DNA of 64,000 bases from a bacterium (GTDB lineage Bacteria > Patescibacteriota > Minisyncoccia > UBA6257 > 02-FULL-45-10c). The DNA is taken from positions 2,236-66,235 of the forward strand of contig JAUSKP010000048.1 in NCBI GenBank assembly GCA_030646555.1, written 5' to 3'. Both the position numbers and the translations under genes were made by a program. The notes under the pieces were generated by a model. It was given only the letters and a program-made list of their open reading frames with translations, did not search any database and was not told the origin of the DNA. Positions 58,914 to 64,000 of this stretch are shown here, in pieces. Position 1 is the stretch's first letter. The number at the start of each line of letters is the position of its first letter.

Positions 58914-60260
58914 TTATTTGTACTTTGTCAAGAGTTCCTGAGAATAGTTGATTATGTCGCCGGCACCCATCATTACGATAGTAACAGGGGACTTATAACC
59001 CCTAATTACCTCAAAAATAGCCTTATTTAAGCCCGTTTTAGGGTTTTCCAGGTATATTGAACCCTTAATATGATTGGCTAGACTTTTAGCATTATATCTA
59101 ATTTCTACCTGATTTTCCCTACCGGCAACCTTATAAATAGGGAACACAATAGTCTTATTGGCATCGGAAAATGCGCGCGTAAAATCTTTAAAAAGCGCTT
59201 TGAGCCGTTTGGCCTGATGAGGCTGAAAAACACATATCAGTTTGTTCTTGGGGTATTTTTCTTTGAGGCCCTGAAGCGTGGCCTTGACTTCATTCGGATG
59301 ATGGGCATAATCGTCAAAAAGAATAATTTTATTTTTTAAACTGTGAAATTTTAATTCGCCCTTATATTCCATTCTTCGCCAAACTCCGTTGAATTTACTT
59401 ATTGAACTTAAAATTATTTTTTCGGAAATATCCAAACCCCTGGCAACGGAGTAGGCGACAAGCGCATTCAATTGGTTGTGTTTTCCGGGAATTTTAAGCA
59501 TCCACCTAATCTCATCTTTAATTTTTGCCGGCACATCCGAAATTGGATATTTCTTCAAAGACGCCGCTTTTGAAACAACTTCGCCAAGAGCTTTATTGAG
59601 ATCATTAAATATTATTTTTGATCCGGCTTTATGATTTGCCAAAAATCTTTGAAAAGACTTTTTAACTCCAGCGAAGTTCTTATAAAAATCCAAATGCTCG
59701 CGATCAATATTGGTGATACCGGAGATAAAGGGATGATAATTCCAGAACGCTCCGCCATATTCATCGGCTTCTAAAACTAAATATTCACTTTTGCCTAATC
59801 GAAAATTGCTGCCATTAAACTCTTTAAGTTTGGTGCCTACTATAACCGTCGGGTCCAAACTGGCGCTTATCATAATTAAAGCCACTAAAGCCGTAGTCGT
59901 GCTTTTTCCGTGCGCGCCGGCAATGGCGACTATCTTGAATTCCTTGGAAAGTTCACCAACAGCTTCGGGATACGACATATGATCCAAACCCATTTTAAGA
60001 ACCTGCTTCATTTCGGAATTATCCAAATTAACCGCCTGACTATGGATGATCAAGGTATTCTTCAAATTTCTTATATTTCCGGCATTATGCCCAATATAGA
60101 CAACCGCCCCTTCTTTTGCCAAATCCCTGATTATAGGGGAGTCAGATAAGTCGGAACCTAATACTTTATACCCCTTAGACAAAAAATAACGCGCCAAGGC
60201 GCTCACGCCTATCCCGCCGATGCCAATGAAATAAATTAATTTATATTTGGCAAAAATCAT
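58914..60260 (-). CDS. murC: UDP-N-acetylmuramate--L-alanine ligase
   Basis: N-terminal Rossmann GIGGIGVSALA, Mur ligase ATP motif GAHGKSTTTA, C-terminal domain; 448 aa. Confidence 0.9.
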   Translation of the reverse strand: MIFAKYKLIYFIGIGGIGVSALARYFLSKGYKVLGSDLSDSPIIRDLAKEGAVVYIGHNAGNIRNLKNTLIIHSQAVNLDNSEMKQVLKMGLDHMSYPEAVGELSKEFKIVAIAGAHGKSTTTALVALIMISASLDPTVIVGTKLKEFNGSNFRLGKSEYLVLEADEYGGAFWNYHPFISGITNIDREHLDFYKNFAGVKKSFQRFLANHKAGSKIIFNDLNKALGEVVSKAASLKKYPISDVPAKIKDEIRWMLKIPGKHNQLNALVAYSVARGLDISEKIILSSISKFNGVWRRMEYKGELKFHSLKNKIILFDDYAHHPNEVKATLQGLKEKYPKNKLICVFQPHQAKRLKALFKDFTRAFSDANKTIVFPIYKVAGRENQVEIRYNAKSLANHIKGSIYLENPKTGLNKAIFEVIRGYKSPVTIVMMGAGDIINYSQELLTKYK

Positions 60261-60402
60261 ATGAGATCAAATTGTTTTGGATTTAAAGTGGCTAGTCTGA
60301 GCGTAGGGGGAAGGGCTCCTTTTTCCTATACTACCTGTCGCACAATATACCTTTTGCGACATGTTATCCTATACACAAAGCTGAAGACGCCCGATAAGCC
60401 AT

Positions 60403-60669
60403 TTAAACACTTTCTGTCATCTTCTTTATTAGCTCTATCAAAAAATTATATGCCAACGAAAAATATTTTATAATAAATTCTGTAAAAACATTTATTATTT
60501 TTTGAATATCAATCCCCAATACATTTCCCAGCCAAACATTCGCGCCGCCCAACAAGTTCCAACCCTGCTTTAAAATCCCTAAAACGTCTTCTTTGCTCTG
60601 TGGAACATACTTGGCAAGCATTGCGCTGGCTGCGTTAAACATATTAAACAATTTAAGCCATATATCCAT
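60403..60669 (-). CDS. hypothetical small protein in the M23-murC intergenic region
   Basis: 88-aa ORF co-directional with flanking genes; no strong RBS. Confidence 0.3.
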   Translation of the reverse strand: MDIWLKLFNMFNAASAMLAKYVPQSKEDVLGILKQGWNLLGGANVWLGNVLGIDIQKIINVFTEFIIKYFSLAYNFLIELIKKMTESV

Positions 60670-60735
60670 TACTTAAGTATAAACCTTATAAATCGTGGCT
60701 TCAAACTCAAAAATCCCTCTTAAAAATAGCTAATT

Positions 60736-61998
60736 TTAGAGGTAATCTTCGGGATTTATTGTAACGCCAACAGGAACCAAGCCTTTTACCGGCGGGAAAT
60801 TCTTAAAAAGTAAACTCGGTGTCCAATAAATGCCAAGATGTAAATGGGGCCCCGTACTATAACCGGAATTACCGACGTATCCGATCAATTCACCGCGTTT
60901 TACAACATCTCCTTTTTTAACCGCCGTGGCTGAAAGATGTGGATATAAAGTACTTAAATTATTAGCGTGCTCTATCATAATATATTGGCCGTATTGATAT
61001 TTCTGCCAATAACTTCTGTCATTATTATCAACCGCGGACACCTTGCCGTCTTCCGCGGCAAAAACAGGCGTACCTATAGCCGCGCCTATATCCAAACCAT
61101 TATGGAAACCATTTTTATACAGCCTAATTGCAGCGGCGGTCCTTCCATATTTTTGAGTGATAATTCCCAAACCGCCATCTTTTTTAAGCTTAACCGGCCA
61201 AGCAAAAACCCCGGGTCTTTTAGACGGCAGTAAATTAGGATCAAAGCTCTCTCTTAATTTAGATTCAACATCGTTTATCTCTTTAGATAGGGCCTCTTGA
61301 TCTTTTTCGAGTTGTTTTATAAGTTGTTGGTATATTTTTTCCTGATTTTTAGTTTGTGTCAGCAAGCTTTGTCTTTCTGTTTTCTGATCCTGTAAAATTA
61401 CTTTTCTGTTCTTTAAATTTTTATTTTCTACTTCAACCTTAGATTTTTTAGTTGATCTATCAGTTAAGTTATTAGAGAGTTTGTCATTGAGAATTTGCAG
61501 ATCACCAACTTGATTAGAAAGCCCTGAATTTATGTCAACAATATTTTGTATTTCATCCATGCTCTCAGCAATACTTTTATTCTTTAAAATAATAACCAAG
61601 GAGTTTTCCATATCTTTTTTTTGCAGTTCCCGTAAAAGTTCGGCTATTGCCAGCTTTTTAACGTCAATCTGGGATTCCGTATCCCCAATATCGTATTTTA
61701 AAGCCTCTATTTCCAGATTAAGTTTTTGTATATTTAATTCGCTTGATTTGACGCTTAAATTAAGCTGATTAATGCTGTAATCTGATTTTTTAAGGTCTTT
61801 TTGAAGGGATTCCCTTTTTCCCTCGGTGGCTTCCAGATCTTCTTTTGTCTCAGTTATTTTTTGATTGACTTCTTGAAGAGCCTGAGTCTTTTCTTCAATG
61901 GCTTTTTTCAGTTCCTCCGGCGTTTCAGCGGCGAAAGAAATGCCTTTAAAAGCAAAATACAGAATAAATATAAAACAGATATAAGATTTCTTTGGCAT
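60736..61998 (-). CDS. M23-family metallopeptidase with N-terminal coiled-coil (EnvC-like)
   Basis: Signal peptide, long Glu/Lys/Gln heptad region, C-terminal HxxxD ... HLHLG (GFHNGLDIGA..., GPHLHLGIY). Confidence 0.8.
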   Translation of the reverse strand: MPKKSYICFIFILYFAFKGISFAAETPEELKKAIEEKTQALQEVNQKITETKEDLEATEGKRESLQKDLKKSDYSINQLNLSVKSSELNIQKLNLEIEALKYDIGDTESQIDVKKLAIAELLRELQKKDMENSLVIILKNKSIAESMDEIQNIVDINSGLSNQVGDLQILNDKLSNNLTDRSTKKSKVEVENKNLKNRKVILQDQKTERQSLLTQTKNQEKIYQQLIKQLEKDQEALSKEINDVESKLRESFDPNLLPSKRPGVFAWPVKLKKDGGLGIITQKYGRTAAAIRLYKNGFHNGLDIGAAIGTPVFAAEDGKVSAVDNNDRSYWQKYQYGQYIMIEHANNLSTLYPHLSATAVKKGDVVKRGELIGYVGNSGYSTGPHLHLGIYWTPSLLFKNFPPVKGLVPVGVTINPEDYL

Positions 61999-63437
61999 TA
62001 TTTCTCAAGCGCAATATTAATGCGCCTGATCGTTTCTTTTTTACCAAGAACGCCCATAATATCAAATGGACCGGGAGACTTATCTTTTCCGGACAAAGAA
62101 ACCCGGAGCGGCCAAAGCACGTCTCCCCTGCCGATCTCATTGGCAAAAGGCATCAGAATAGATTCCAGCTTGGCCTTATTAAAATCATTTTCGTTTATTT
62201 CTGAAATTTTTTCTAAAACTAATTTTAAATTTTCAAAAGATTTTTCAAGCGGAGAATTCTTCCAAACTAAAAGCTGTTTTTCGTAATTAGGCAAATTAAA
62301 GAAAAACTCGTTCATTTCCTTAAAATCAGTCAGTTTCTCCATTCTGTCCCTTGATAGATTGATCAGTTTATCAATCAGATCTTTCTTGATAAAATCGTGT
62401 CCGAAAATGTCTGCTAAAGATTTTTTTAATTCCGAAACTGGGGCTTTTTTAATATATTCTGAATTGAGCCAATTTAATTTTTTAACATCAAAAATAGCCC
62501 CGCCTTTCTGAACTCTGTCCAAGGAAAATTCTTTTATCATTTCCTTAAAACTTAGAACCTCCCGGTCTTCTTTGGGATGCCAGCCCATCAAACCGATAAA
62601 ATTAAGAATTGCTTCCGGTAAATATCCAAGTTGTTTATATTCAAAAACTCCGGTCGCGCCATGACGCTTGGAAAGCTTGGATTTATCCGGAGCAAGGATC
62701 ATCGGCAAATGCGCGAATTTTGGAGCCTCCCAACCGAACATTTTATAAAGAACAAGGTGTTTCGGCGTAGACGGCAGCCACTCCTCGGCGCGGATCACGT
62801 GAGAAATTTTCATTTCACGGTCGTCAATGACATTGGCTAAATGATAAGTCGGATAGCCGTCGGACTTCAAAAGCACCTGGTCGTCTATAAGCGACTGGTC
62901 AAACTCAACATCGCCCCTGATAAGGTCATGAACCGTTATTTTGCCGATTTTGGGCATTTTCATCCTTATCACATACGGCTCTTTACCTTCAACTTCCGAT
63001 ATTTTGATCCCGACTTCACGGCAATGGCCGGAATACATCGGCGGCCTTCCCATTTTCATCTGTTCTTCCTGATCGGCGGCCAATTTTTCTTTGGAACAGA
63101 CACAGACATAGGCATCTTTTTTTTCTAATAATTCTAAGGCGCGTTTTTTATAAATATCAACTCGTTCTGATTGAACCATCACATGACCTTCGTTGTCCAG
63201 TTCCATACCCAGCCATTTAAGAGCGGCTTTGATACGGTCAACTGAACCCGGAACCAGCCTTTCTCTGTCTGTGTCCTCAATTCTTAATAAAAATTTTCCG
63301 CCATTGCGCCTGGCAAAAAGATAATTAAAAAAAGCTGTTCTGGCGCCGCCAATATGAAGCTCTCCTGTCGGACTGGGCGCAAATCTTACTATCACTTTAT
63401 TTTTTCCGCCGAAGATATTTTTTAAAAAACTAAGCAT
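61998..63437 (-). CDS. gltX: glutamate--tRNA ligase
   Basis: Class I HIGH (PSPTGELHIGGARTA) and KMSKS (KLSKRHG) motifs; 479 aa. Confidence 0.9.
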   Translation of the reverse strand: MLSFLKNIFGGKNKVIVRFAPSPTGELHIGGARTAFFNYLFARRNGGKFLLRIEDTDRERLVPGSVDRIKAALKWLGMELDNEGHVMVQSERVDIYKKRALELLEKKDAYVCVCSKEKLAADQEEQMKMGRPPMYSGHCREVGIKISEVEGKEPYVIRMKMPKIGKITVHDLIRGDVEFDQSLIDDQVLLKSDGYPTYHLANVIDDREMKISHVIRAEEWLPSTPKHLVLYKMFGWEAPKFAHLPMILAPDKSKLSKRHGATGVFEYKQLGYLPEAILNFIGLMGWHPKEDREVLSFKEMIKEFSLDRVQKGGAIFDVKKLNWLNSEYIKKAPVSELKKSLADIFGHDFIKKDLIDKLINLSRDRMEKLTDFKEMNEFFFNLPNYEKQLLVWKNSPLEKSFENLKLVLEKISEINENDFNKAKLESILMPFANEIGRGDVLWPLRVSLSGKDKSPGPFDIMGVLGKKETIRRINIALEK

Positions 63438-63440
63438 AAT

Positions 63441-64000
63441 TTATTTTAACAGCGCTTCTTTAATTGGAGCATTATTCGGATAAATATTAAGGCCGCTAAA
63501 AGATAAAAGATGCGCGGCTACGGTTTCGGACGAAAATGGCCTATAAAAAGCCGATGCTGACTTGGACATCGCTTTTAAAACTTCTGCTTTAGAAATTAAA
63601 GTTTCCAGTTGAACCAAAACCAAATGACTCAAGAAGTTTTCCTGTTCAATATCAATTGTGGCGCCCGATTCTTCAAATTCAATAGCATTCAAAACTTGAT
63701 GATCATTGGCCGCGTCCGGAAGTGGAATTAAAATTGAGGGCTTGCCAAAATATGCCAATTCAAAAATAGTGCCGGCTCCGGCGCGGGCCAAGATTATATC
63801 AGCGGCAATATAGGCGCTTTTTAGATTATTTTCAAAATAAGGATAAAATTTATAATTATTTTTTACCGGATCAGGAAGAGTCTTGCTCAAAAAATCGTAA
63901 TCTTTTTTATACTCATCAAAATTGCTTGGCCCGACTTGATGCAAGACCTGAAATTTAACAGAGAGAGTTTCAATGTTTTTAAGCACAAAATCATTAATAA
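63441..64000 (-). CDS. murG: MurG glycosyltransferase, C-terminal part (gene continues beyond the window)
   Basis: GT28 C-terminal domain ...ARAGAGTIFELAYFGKPSILIP.P.A..DHQ..NA; the ORF runs off the 3' window edge. Confidence 0.8.
   Translation of the reverse strand, partial: INDFVLKNIETLSVKFQVLHQVGPSNFDEYKKDYDFLSKTLPDPVKNNYKFYPYFENNLKSAYIAADIILARAGAGTIFELAYFGKPSILIPLPDAANDHQVLNAIEFEESGATIDIEQENFLSHLVLVQLETLISKAEVLKAMSKSASAFYRPFSSETVAAHLLSFSGLNIYPNNAPIKEALLK

Noticed and set aside
1-64000. Alternative genetic code (UGA recoding), considered because of the CPR-like features
   Set aside because: Conserved genes terminate at the expected positions with TGA as well as TAA/TAG (the GT4 stop is TGA, for example). 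RF2, which reads UGA, is present. Full-length orthology is obtained with the standard code.

Overview
Low-GC (~35%) bacterial chromosome segment with compact, largely co-directional housekeeping operons. The reduced gene forms (rpoA without alpha-CTD, gamma-only dnaX, ProRS without editing domain, fused genes) and a pilin-like giant protein suggest a CPR/Patescibacteria-like organism; this is inference only. Gene content: (i) the 3' end of the ribosomal-protein/rpoA operon (infA-rpmJ-rpsM-rpsK-rpsD-rpoA-rplQ-rplM-rpsI); (ii) a cell-shape and wall block (murA, mreB, holB, frr, rseP, proS, a second mreB, mreC, mreD, PBP2/mrdA, a DedA-TpiA fusion); (iii) hpf, secA, lepA, prfB, ftsEX, typA, dnaX, scpAB, mraY, pgk, rnhA, murC, gltX and the murG 3' end; (iv) an accessory block on the minus strand encoding an initiating sugar transferase, a four-helix-bundle protein and a 778-aa type-IV-pilin-like protein with tail-fibre repeats, a LamG domain and a C-terminal S74 intramolecular-chaperone domain, with a divergent GT4 glycosyltransferase; (v) a B12-radical-SAM / FAD-oxidase / VanW / C39-peptidase group. 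RNA genes: tRNA-Gly(CCC), tRNA-Thr(CGT), tRNA-Gln(TTG, minus strand) and an unusually long (~640 nt) RNase P RNA. The most striking feature is a dense population of short hairpin-forming repeat units. Family A is GTCATTCC-CGCGAAAGCG-GGAATC, family B is GTCATTGCGAGG...GGCAATC, and family C is CCGCCGAAG/CCATAGCTT hairpins. They are assembled into composite MITE/REP-like elements at more than 12 loci, mostly at gene 3' ends. Several copies are inserted in-frame inside protein-coding genes (secA, GT4 glycosyltransferase, sugar transferase, a 413-aa secreted protein), in the manner of Rickettsia palindromic elements. No CRISPR array, rRNA or obvious transposase was found. Standard genetic code: TAA/TAG/TGA all terminate conserved genes.
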